Part shown: positions 9,033 through 17,341 of the stretch, one piece after another
Position numbering within the stretch: the first letter of the stretch is position 1
Layout: every line of letters starts with the position of its first letter
Translations under genes and position numbers: made by a program
Notes under the pieces: model-generated
What the model was told of the DNA's origin: nothing
What the model saw: the letters and a program-made list of their open reading frames with translations, nothing else
Database searches by the model: none
Origin: Bacteroidota bacterium
GTDB lineage: Bacteria; Bacteroidota; Ignavibacteria; SZUA-365
Length of the DNA: 64,000 bases
Direction of reading: 5' to 3'
Assembly: GCA_035362335.1 (NCBI GenBank)
Contig: DAOSDL010000013.1
Span: forward strand, 37,686-101,685

Positions 9033-10852
9033 GCGCGGCGCTTCCTTCCACGCGTTGCGACCAGCTTCGCAAGGCGCGCGGCTGTGCCCGCGATCGTTCC
9101 GTCGGGCTGCAGCGGAAGCAACGGCGATCGGAGATCCGCCCGGCGTGCCTGCGCGGCGCGTAGTTCTTCGATGGTGAGCTCGTGTGTACGCAGCACGCGA
9201 TCCATTTCCTCGCGCGCCCGTTCGCGCGCATCGGCCAAGGTCATTTGCACGCGGCTGTGCGCATTCAGCGCGCCTTCGCCCGACGTTTCGATGGGAAGGA
9301 ACAGCACATCAGGATGATGCGCCACCACGGCCGATTGCACGCCGTCGGATTGCGTGCTGGGCAGGCAACCGAAGGGTTTGAGCGACAGCACCATGTGGCA
9401 GAGCGCGGCCTTCGGGTAGTAAATGGTCTTGGCGACTTCGAGATGTCCTTCTCCGCCCTCGATGCGCGTGTTGAAATACGGTGCGGCGATGCGGGCGAAA
9501 TGGTACTGATCCGGCATGGCCTGGGGCAGATTGTGCAACGCCTTGCGGTGGCGACGGTATTCCCGTGCGTACAGTCGCTCGGCAAGGGTGAGCAAGCCCT
9601 GTGCCCGCAAGTAGCGCAAAGCACTGCGCAGTGTGTCGCGGGGTCCGCGCGCGTCGAGCAGGCGGCGGTCTCGCCGCGCCTGTTTCTCCTGATGCAGCAA
9701 ATACATGAGCCAGGGGGTGACGGGCTCGATCAGCACCTCGGCTCCCTCCTGCTCGAGGAAGCGGAACATGCGGAAGTTTCCATCGCCTTCCGTGGTTTGC
9801 GCCCAGAACTCGCCGGTGATTTTCACCACGGGTTTCACACGCGTGCGATCCAGTTCCACACTCTCGAAATGCCGTGCCGCGCGACGTAGCGCACGCGGCA
9901 AGGCGCGGCCGAACAACTGCTGCGCGAATTTTCCCGTGGCGGCAAGCACGCCTCCCAGTCCGCTGCGTTGTATCCAGCGAGGAACGTCCACAATCGGCAA
10001 TGCCTCTATGCTGGTGGCAACCTCCTCCATTGCTCGCGCGAGAGCCGCGTCGGTGGCGCCGGGTTCGACTTCATACGGACGACTCCTGTATGCGATGTCG
10101 TTGAGCACGTCGGCGATGATGAAGGCGTTGATGATGCCCAGCGTGAAATCGATGTTCATCTCCAGACCCGCACCGTCCGCGGCCTGGTCGAGTCCACCCT
10201 GCTGCTGCAGTATCAGCACGCGGAAGTCCTCGAAACCGGCGTTGCGCAGCGCGAGACGGTACTCGGATTCGTACATGCCGAAGCGGCAGGGACCGCAGGC
10301 CCCGGCAGTGAAAAAGACATGCCGCTCGATAATCTCCTCGCGCGACATGCCGCGACGCTCGAGATCGAGCAAATGCGCAATGAGATTCCCCACGGTGAAA
10401 TAGGTGGGATTGCACAGTCCGTTGTTGCTGTATTCCTTGCCCACCTCATAGGCGCGGTTGTCAGGCGCGGGCAAAAAGGCAGCGTCGTAACCGAGGCGCC
10501 GCAGATTGGCCTGGATCAACCGTTCGTGTTTCCACGTCAATCCGCCGAACAGCACCGTGGTGCGATCGCGCTCGGCACGGGTGAAGGGACGTTCGGCGGG
10601 ACGCGTCCACGGACGCGGAGTATCGGTGGCGAGTCCGGCGTCGCGCAACAGGTCGCTGCGACGCAAGGCGAGCGCTTCTTCCACGGTCATACGACCGGCG
10701 CGAATGGCTTCGAGCACTGCGGGGTCGATGTCGTCATTTCCCGCGTACGGAAGTCCACCGCCATGCGTGCTGTCATGCATCGCACTGTCTCCTGTACTGC
10801 GAGCAAGCTGTGTGACGAAAGTCCATACGTGTGGTGTTGCGCCGATACTCAA
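9029..10852 (-). CDS. 2-hydroxyglutaryl-CoA dehydratase D-component family protein (HgdB/BcrB-like), uncharacterised.
   Basis: The 607-aa protein has Cys-containing motifs (GLCNPTYFTVGN; TAGACGPCRFGMYESEY) typical of the HGD-D family. Its stop overlaps the activase start as ATGA. Confidence 0.65.
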   Translation of the reverse strand: MSIGATPHVWTFVTQLARSTGDSAMHDSTHGGGLPYAGNDDIDPAVLEAIRAGRMTVEEALALRRSDLLRDAGLATDTPRPWTRPAERPFTRAERDRTTVLFGGLTWKHERLIQANLRRLGYDAAFLPAPDNRAYEVGKEYSNNGLCNPTYFTVGNLIAHLLDLERRGMSREEIIERHVFFTAGACGPCRFGMYESEYRLALRNAGFEDFRVLILQQQGGLDQAADGAGLEMNIDFTLGIINAFIIADVLNDIAYRSRPYEVEPGATDAALARAMEEVATSIEALPIVDVPRWIQRSGLGGVLAATGKFAQQLFGRALPRALRRAARHFESVELDRTRVKPVVKITGEFWAQTTEGDGNFRMFRFLEQEGAEVLIEPVTPWLMYLLHQEKQARRDRRLLDARGPRDTLRSALRYLRAQGLLTLAERLYAREYRRHRKALHNLPQAMPDQYHFARIAAPYFNTRIEGGEGHLEVAKTIYYPKAALCHMVLSLKPFGCLPSTQSDGVQSAVVAHHPDVLFLPIETSGEGALNAHSRVQMTLADARERAREEMDRVLRTHELTIEELRAAQARRADLRSPLLPLQPDGTIAGTAARLAKLVATRGRKRRA

Positions 10853-11043
10853 TGAAGGTTCATGACATTCGATAAAATACGCTTTTCATCGGAGAATAAA
10901 AGATGCAAAAGGAAATACTCATCACCCCGTTTCCCCACCCCGCGCCAGCCCACCGTTTCTCCGCGGAACTCAGGCCCTGCCGCGCGTGCATTGCTTCTCT
11001 CTCGCGCCTTCGTTAGTATGCGGGTGAACTTCCGGAGGTTGTC
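10853..11043. promoter_or_regulatory. Divergent promoter region between the dehydratase-like operon and nfeD; locally AT-rich.
   Basis: This is a 191-bp intergenic stretch with an AT-rich segment (cattcgataaaatacgcttttcatcggagaataaaagatgcaaaaggaaatactcat) set in a 65% GC background. A GGAGG Shine-Dalgarno lies 6 nt before the nfeD ATG. Confidence 0.3.
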
Positions 11044-12360
11044 ATGCGACATGCCTGGCGCTGGACCATCCTTCTCCTGCTCCTTGCACCGAGTCTCGCC
11101 GCACAGATGCGCGTGCTGCTCATCGATATCGATGGCAGCATCAATCCGGCGTCGGCGGGTCACGTGCACGAACAACTCGAACGCGCCGAATCCGATGGAA
11201 CGCATGCGGTGATTCTTCGCCTGAACACTCCCGGCGGACTGCTGCAGTCCACCCGCGCGATTGTGGCGGATCTGCTCGCCGCACCCGTACCCGTCGTGGT
11301 GTACGTGGCGCCCGGTGGAGCGCAGGCGGCTTCCGCTGGCGCCTTCATCACCATGGCGGCTCATGTGGCGGCCATGGCGCCGGGCAGCAACATCGGCGCA
11401 GCCCACCCGATCACCATGGGCGAAGGGTCGAATGTCGTCGATTCCACCAACATTCCGCTTGCCAAGGCCACCAACGACGCGGCCGCGTTCGCGCGCAGCA
11501 TCGCGGCGCAGCGGGGACGCAACGTGCAATGGGCCGAGGCCTTCGTGCGCGGTAGCGCCTCGCTCACCGAGCGGGAGGCACTGGAACTGCGTGTGATCGA
11601 CCTTGTGGCCCCGGATCTGCGCTCGTTGTTGCGGCAGCTCGATGGTCGCATCGTGCAGTTGCGAGGAGACAGTGTGCGTCTCCGCACGATTGGAGCGCAG
11701 ATCGAGGAACGCGGGATGAGCTTTTCGCGAGCATTGCTCAACGTACTCAGCGACCCCACCATCGCCTACATTCTGCTCATGCTGGGCATGTACGGGTTGA
11801 TTTTCGAGCTGTACAATCCCGGTGCGCTCTTTCCCGGCATCGCTGGCGGAATTTGCATCATACTCGCGCTTTACGCAATGGACACGTTGCCGGTGAATTA
11901 CGCCGGGTTGGCATTGCTGCTGTTCGGTGTGATTCTCCTACTGCTGGAGGTGAAAATCGTCAGCCACGGCCTGCTGTCCATCGGCGGAGTGATTGCCCTG
12001 TTTTTCGGCTCGATCATGCTCATCGACACACCGCCGGGCGCGGACGTGCTGGAGATTTCCATGACAGCCATCATCACCGTCACGTTGTGCACCGCGGCGT
12101 TCTTCCTGTTCGTTGTGGGCAAAGGCCTAGCGGCGCAACGGGCAGCCCCGAGCACGGGCGTGGAGGCCATGATCGGCGAGCGCGGTGTGGCGCTGGAGCC
12201 ACTGGCACCGGAAGGCAGTATCCGCGTGCATGGCGAAATCTGGAAGGCGCGCGCGCTGGGTACGTCGATACCTCAGGGCCGAAGCGTGATCGTGCGCGAG
12301 TTGCGGGAGTTCCGCATGCTCGTAGAAGAAGTGCCCGACAGCAATTCATCCACAGAGTGA
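11044..12360 (+). CDS. NfeD-family membrane-bound serine protease (ClpP-class), the stomatin-operon partner.
   Basis: The signal peptide is followed by a ClpP-like fold (VLLIDIDGSINPASAGHV...GAQAASAGAFITMAAH), then a multi-TM segment and a C-terminal OB-fold (IRVHGEIWKARA). An SPFH gene follows immediately. Confidence 0.8.
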   Translation: MRHAWRWTILLLLLAPSLAAQMRVLLIDIDGSINPASAGHVHEQLERAESDGTHAVILRLNTPGGLLQSTRAIVADLLAAPVPVVVYVAPGGAQAASAGAFITMAAHVAAMAPGSNIGAAHPITMGEGSNVVDSTNIPLAKATNDAAAFARSIAAQRGRNVQWAEAFVRGSASLTEREALELRVIDLVAPDLRSLLRQLDGRIVQLRGDSVRLRTIGAQIEERGMSFSRALLNVLSDPTIAYILLMLGMYGLIFELYNPGALFPGIAGGICIILALYAMDTLPVNYAGLALLLFGVILLLLEVKIVSHGLLSIGGVIALFFGSIMLIDTPPGADVLEISMTAIITVTLCTAAFFLFVVGKGLAAQRAAPSTGVEAMIGERGVALEPLAPEGSIRVHGEIWKARALGTSIPQGRSVIVRELREFRMLVEEVPDSNSSTE

Positions 12361-12384
12361 TAGAAATTCCCCCAAGGAGGCAGC

Positions 12385-13137
12385 ATGAATTCCGCGGAAA
12401 GTGTACTCGGCATTGTCATCGTGTTCATCATTTTCATCCTCGGCAGCAGCATACGCATTCTGCGCGAATACGAGCGAGGCGTGATTTTCCGGCTCGGGCG
12501 CCTGATAAAGAGCAAGGGGCCCGGATTGATTTTCCTTATTCCACTGGTGGACCGCATGGTGAAAGTCAGTCTGCGCACCATCGTGCTGGATGTGCCGCCG
12601 CAGGACGTGATCACGCGCGACAACGTGTCGGTCAAGGTCAGCGCGGTGGTGTATTTCCGTGTGCTGGAGGCCTCGCGCGCCATTGTGGAGGTGGAGAATT
12701 TCCTCTTCGCCACCAGTCAGCTTTCGCAAACCACCTTGCGCAGCATACTCGGACAATCCGAACTCGATGAATTGCTTGCCGAGCGCGAAAAAATCAACAA
12801 GCAGTTGCAGGAAATTATCGATCATCAAACCGAGCCCTGGGGCATCAAGGTGAGTCTGGTGGAAGTGAAGCACATCGACCTGCCGCAGGAAATGCAGCGC
12901 GCCATGGCCAAGCAAGCCGAGGCCGAGCGCGAGCGTCGCGCCAAAGTCATCGCGGCCGAGGGCGAATTCCAGGCATCAGCCAAGCTGGCCGAAGCAGCCA
13001 CCGTGCTGTCACGCGATCCCGCCGCATTGCAACTGCGCTATCTGCAAACACTCACAGTGATCGCGGCCGAGCACAATTCGACGACGCTGTTCCCCATTCC
13101 CATTGATTTGCTCAAGCCATTTCTGGAGAAGAAGTAA
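12385..13137 (+). CDS. SPFH/band-7 stomatin-like protein.
   Basis: An N-terminal TM helix is followed by an SPFH core ([16 protein letters not shown]...[33 protein letters not shown]) and an ERERRA coiled-coil region. Confidence 0.85.
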   Translation: MNSAESVLGIVIVFIIFILGSSIRILREYERGVIFRLGRLIKSKGPGLIFLIPLVDRMVKVSLRTIVLDVPPQDVITRDNVSVKVSAVVYFRVLEASRAIVEVENFLFATSQLSQTTLRSILGQSELDELLAEREKINKQLQEIIDHQTEPWGIKVSLVEVKHIDLPQEMQRAMAKQAEAERERRAKVIAAEGEFQASAKLAEAATVLSRDPAALQLRYLQTLTVIAAEHNSTTLFPIPIDLLKPFLEKK

Positions 13138-13377
13138 CGCCGAAAGGCGAGAATTCAGGATTGCTGGTATCTCTCTTCACCGCTCGCAACGTATGCAACG
13201 CGTTGCGAGCATGCCGAATGTGTCGGATGTGTCATGTCATGTGCGGGAATGAATAGCGGTAGCGTCGGAAATGATCCTGCACACGAGCAAAGCACGATAC
13301 ACCGCGTACTTCGTGAGAATTGCTTAACGCTGGAGATGCGGAGCAAGGCGGGCATGCCGGAAGTGACCGCTCCGACA

Positions 13378-14763
13378 TTAGTCACGATATCTCCATTCCT
13401 GCGACGAGCCAGTTTGTCGCGATTCTACGTTATTGATGCTTCTGTACACGACACCCTTCCCACGTCTTGAGATGTACTTCTCCCAGGTCAGCGGGAGTGT
13501 TGGTGGAGGATCCAATTTGAACGTGTACTCGAGGGAATCAACCGATGCATCGTGCCGTCCAGGAATCTCCGCTCTAATGAACGGTTCGAAATTTCCCCTG
13601 ACAACCCGAAATATCGTGGTGTCCTGCCAGAGCAGACCCGAAGCTGTACTCTGACTTCCATTCTCCTCGGTGACGAGTATCGAGCAAGGGAATTCCGTCC
13701 GCTGGGGTTTGCGTACTTCCGAGAGTACGGAGATCGTGATCCATCGATTCTGCGTTGTTCTATTTCCATGGTAATCAATCGAGGAATACTTGTAGTCGTA
13801 GTGCCATTCCATGCCGGGTCGCGGTTGGAAATATTCCTGTACTCTGTCGACGATGGAAAATGGACCTGAGACCAATCGATACGTCACGTCGGGATGGCTT
13901 ACACGAATGAATGCGGACGAGGTGACCTCCTCAAGCACGAACCATTCACGGTCGATGAACTTCCATGTCACGCCTCCATCCGTGCTGAGTTCGTAACGGG
14001 TTCGGGTCTTGTCCTTTCCAGGTGGCAAACCCAGCTGCATGTCTATCGCGACGTTCAGGAGTCGATACGCCGAGTCGCCGGGCTTGGGGAAACGGACATC
14101 GCCCGAGCGCACGACCACACCACGAACGTACGAGGCGTTCTTTGATCCCCTCCCCCGGATACGAAAATCCACCACGCTGTATAGCGGGATGGACATCGCC
14201 GGCCACGCCACGGCAGAGTCCCTTGCCGCCGCGAAACAAGCGAGATTCCATTTGTTCGTTCCCGTTATCGACCAGGACAACTCGACCTCTTCCAGCGTGG
14301 AAGCGAAATTTGTCCATCGAAAATACCGCGTCGTACCGGGGTCGAGTATGTCACCGCCGACTGGTTCGGTGAGTACTGGCACCAGATACTGTACGACAGC
14401 GGACGAGTCCCAGCGTTTTCCATCGATAGTGGATAGTGCGAAGCGATATCGTATGGAGGATTGGTCATCCAAATCCACATCGAACTCCCGCTGTTTCGGC
14501 GGAAATTCGAAAAGGTACTTCCACTCCGCCGTTCCCTCCACCTTGTAATGGAGAAGCCCCGCTTGTGCCATCTCGTCGGTCGCCTTCCAGCGTAAACGTA
14601 GCGGCAGTTCCGGGTTGTGGAGCAGTGCGGTCACAGGTTCTATGAAGGTGAATGCCGGTGCAACGCGAGGCAACTCCGGCGCAACACTCTCATCTTCCGA
14701 ACAGGAGAGCAGCGCCAGCAGCGCGGCCACCATGCACAGTTGGTATACCTTCCTCACGTTCAC
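13378..14763 (-). CDS. Hypothetical lipoprotein A; single BNR/Asp-box; paralogue of the adjacent gene.
   Basis: The lipobox is LLALLSCSED. The Asp-box reads YELSTDGGVTW. Shared blocks with the neighbour include RYRF.....R.DSSAVVQYL.P, VDFRIRGRGS, GPFSIVDRV.-YFQP and E.SCS.L..EENG.Q.TA.G.LW.....F.RGNF.PF. Confidence 0.6.
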   Translation of the reverse strand: MNVRKVYQLCMVAALLALLSCSEDESVAPELPRVAPAFTFIEPVTALLHNPELPLRLRWKATDEMAQAGLLHYKVEGTAEWKYLFEFPPKQREFDVDLDDQSSIRYRFALSTIDGKRWDSSAVVQYLVPVLTEPVGGDILDPGTTRYFRWTNFASTLEEVELSWSITGTNKWNLACFAAARDSAVAWPAMSIPLYSVVDFRIRGRGSKNASYVRGVVVRSGDVRFPKPGDSAYRLLNVAIDMQLGLPPGKDKTRTRYELSTDGGVTWKFIDREWFVLEEVTSSAFIRVSHPDVTYRLVSGPFSIVDRVQEYFQPRPGMEWHYDYKYSSIDYHGNRTTQNRWITISVLSEVRKPQRTEFPCSILVTEENGSQSTASGLLWQDTTIFRVVRGNFEPFIRAEIPGRHDASVDSLEYTFKLDPPPTLPLTWEKYISRRGKGVVYRSINNVESRQTGSSQEWRYRD

Positions 14764-14816
14764 TCCTCCTTCTCAATGGAGCGATGATTTGAGTATCGTC
14801 TGCTTTCTCGGACCTG

Positions 14817-16217
14817 TTACTCCACCAATCGCCACTGTTCTGTCGTTAATGAAGACGGTAACTCCTTTTTCACGTCACGTTTCAGAAACACGAGTCCCCG
14901 GTATCGTTCCGTGGTGTAATCGAAATTCACCTTCGAAGTCGAGCCCGGGAGCATCATGGAGAATTGTTTCCGAAACGTGTTGATTGTGATATCGTGTATG
15001 GCGGGAAGATCAGGCACGAGGAAGGGATCGAAATTCCCGCGTATCGATCGAAACGCGTTCTCTTCGTGCCACAGCATCCCTGTGGCAGTATGTTGTGTAC
15101 CATTCTCCTCGATGTAGAGCAGCGAGCACGAATATTCCATGCGATCACCCTGTTGTTGTACGGACAGCACCGTCACGATTAACCGCCGCTTCATGGGCGT
15201 ACCTCCACCATACCCGGAACTGCTGCGATTGAAATCGTACTGCAAGCGCATTCCAACAAACGGCTGGAAGTAGTCGTGCACCCGGTCGACAATGCTGAAT
15301 GGTCCAAGCACATACGGTTCGACAAGCGCCGGATGATTGATGCGAACGAGCGCATTCGCCGTGGCTTTCTCGGTGATGAGATGAGTCTTTTGTATGCGCG
15401 TCCAGTTGCTCCCTCCGTCCACACTAAGTTCGTAGCTTGTCAACGTTGCATCACTGGTTGGAGGTATGCCGAGAGTGGCGAAGATTGTCATCGGGAGCAA
15501 ACGATACACCGCTCTTTCAGGAACGGGAAAGCGCGCGGAATTGACTCCGATTCCCACGTTGCGGGTGTACGCCCAGAGCAAGGATCCACGCGCGCGGATG
15601 CGGAAGTCCACCGCGGTGTAAGGTGCGAACGGATGATTCGTAAACCAGGCGAAACCATCACCCGCAGGGGCATACATCACATGCACCCACTGATCCCGAT
15701 CACGAGGTGAATACTGGATCTCCACTTCCTGCACATCATCGGCAACATTCTCCCAGCGCAATAGAATGCTGTCGCGCACGACAAACGAGCTTCCCTCACG
15801 CGGCTCGACGAGAAATGGGATGAGGTATTGCACCACGGCGGAGGAATCCCGCCGCGTGTTGTCTCGAGTAGTGATTGAAAATCGATAGCGGATGTCCGTT
15901 TTGTCCGGCAGGTCCACGGTGACCTGCGTCTCGCCTGGACCGAAATCCGCCAACGCTCTCCACAGCGACGATTTCTCGGCACGGTAGTGTATCCTCCCTC
16001 CCGTCACCGTGGGATCATTGATCCGCCATCGCAAGGTAATGGACTTGTGCGGATGCCATTGCTGCCATTCGACGGGGAACTCGAAAATAAACGCCGGAGG
16101 AATCGTACCCGCCGGAATTGGAGCTTCGTTCGTTTGTTCCCCGGTGCAGGAGCAAACGAGAAGCAGGACGACAATCAGGGGAAATGAAACAATGAAATTC
16201 CGCATCGAGTGCGCCAC
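14817..16217 (-). CDS. Hypothetical lipoprotein B; single BNR/Asp-box; paralogue of 13378-14763.
   Basis: The lipobox is VLLLVCSCTG. The Asp-box reads YELSVDGGSNW. The same conserved blocks as lipoprotein A appear in the same order. Confidence 0.6.
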   Translation of the reverse strand: MAHSMRNFIVSFPLIVVLLLVCSCTGEQTNEAPIPAGTIPPAFIFEFPVEWQQWHPHKSITLRWRINDPTVTGGRIHYRAEKSSLWRALADFGPGETQVTVDLPDKTDIRYRFSITTRDNTRRDSSAVVQYLIPFLVEPREGSSFVVRDSILLRWENVADDVQEVEIQYSPRDRDQWVHVMYAPAGDGFAWFTNHPFAPYTAVDFRIRARGSLLWAYTRNVGIGVNSARFPVPERAVYRLLPMTIFATLGIPPTSDATLTSYELSVDGGSNWTRIQKTHLITEKATANALVRINHPALVEPYVLGPFSIVDRVHDYFQPFVGMRLQYDFNRSSSGYGGGTPMKRRLIVTVLSVQQQGDRMEYSCSLLYIEENGTQHTATGMLWHEENAFRSIRGNFDPFLVPDLPAIHDITINTFRKQFSMMLPGSTSKVNFDYTTERYRGLVFLKRDVKKELPSSLTTEQWRLVE

Positions 16218-16297
16218 GCTGTTAGTCGCGTCAACCTCCCCTACGACACTTCAACCTGCGTTTCGTTCCCTTGCCGACGCGCCGAGCGAAAAAGGCC

Positions 16298-17341
16298 TCA
16301 GCTCTCGGCGCTGTGCTGATCATGATCGAGCGGGGCTTTGCCGTCGCGGCGGCCACGGGTGAATTCGAGCGCGTTGCGCTGCGCGTTCAACACCACCGTG
16401 TGCAGACTCTCCTCGGTGAAAAGCTTGCGCAACCGTCGCCGCTCCTCGTACATCTGCCCGACTTCGGCGGCAAACAGCAGGGTGATGCTGCTGTAATACA
16501 CCCAGATGGCAGTGGCCACGATCACGGCGTAGGGTCCGTACACGGTGCCGATGCTCCAGAGATTGGCCAGATAGTAGGCGAAAATGGCCTTGGCGATGCC
16601 CCACAACAACGCGGCCACGAAGCTCGCAATCACAATGACGCGGAATCGCTGCCTCTTGTCGGGCACGAGCGTGAACACGATGATAAAGAGGAAAAAACTC
16701 AGCAGAAATACGCTTGCCGTATTCACCACACCATCGAACACCCAGGAATGCAGGCGCATGCCGAAGACGTCCTCTCCCAACCCACGCAACAGCGACGATG
16801 CATACATGAACGTGGTGATCAGTACCATGGCAATGCCCACCACCGAGAGCATGGCGAAATCCCGCAGCTTGGATGCGAAAATGTTGCGGTTGTCCTCGAT
16901 GTGAAAGATCCGGCCAAACACCGTCCGCAGGGCGCCGAACAGCGCGCTGCTGGTCCAGATCAGACCGATGCCGCCGAGTATACCTGCCAGCTTCGAGCCC
17001 TGCACAAACTCGCGGATGATGCCCACGGTGATATCGCGCAGCTGCTCCCGTTGATAAGGAAAAAGATCGAGCTGTCGGATGGATTTTTCCACCATGACAA
17101 TCGCGTCATCGGTGCCGAGGTAAAAGCCCAGCACCCAGAACACCAGAAGCAGCAGAGGGATGAAACAGAGCAGCGCGTTGAAACTCAGCGCCGCAGCGGA
17201 GAGAAAAATGTGGTTTTGTTCCATGCGCTCGACGATGCGCACCAGGTACATGAACATGTCGCGCACCCAGTTCAGGAGCAGGAAATCGCGCGCCATGGGC
17301 AGCGCGCGGTCCCACAATCGTCGCAGCGCGCCGGCCATCAC
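16298..17341 (-). CDS. YihY/BrkB-family inner-membrane protein.
   Basis: The family signature [20 protein letters not shown] is present and the hydropathy suggests about 6 TM helices. The ATG overlaps the purL stop as ATGA. Confidence 0.75.
   Translation of the reverse strand: MMAGALRRLWDRALPMARDFLLLNWVRDMFMYLVRIVERMEQNHIFLSAAALSFNALLCFIPLLLLVFWVLGFYLGTDDAIVMVEKSIRQLDLFPYQREQLRDITVGIIREFVQGSKLAGILGGIGLIWTSSALFGALRTVFGRIFHIEDNRNIFASKLRDFAMLSVVGIAMVLITTFMYASSLLRGLGEDVFGMRLHSWVFDGVVNTASVFLLSFFLFIIVFTLVPDKRQRFRVIVIASFVAALLWGIAKAIFAYYLANLWSIGTVYGPYAVIVATAIWVYYSSITLLFAAEVGQMYEERRRLRKLFTEESLHTVVLNAQRNALEFTRGRRDGKAPLDHDQHSAES

Noticed and set aside
7608-9317. 569-aa plus-strand ORF antisense to the activase gene
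   Set aside because: It lies entirely inside a well-supported minus-strand gene. Its His/Arg/Gly/Gln-rich composition is typical of antisense frames in high-GC DNA and it has no recognisable motifs. The same reasoning applies to 6156..7583 (+) and 6286..7608 (-).
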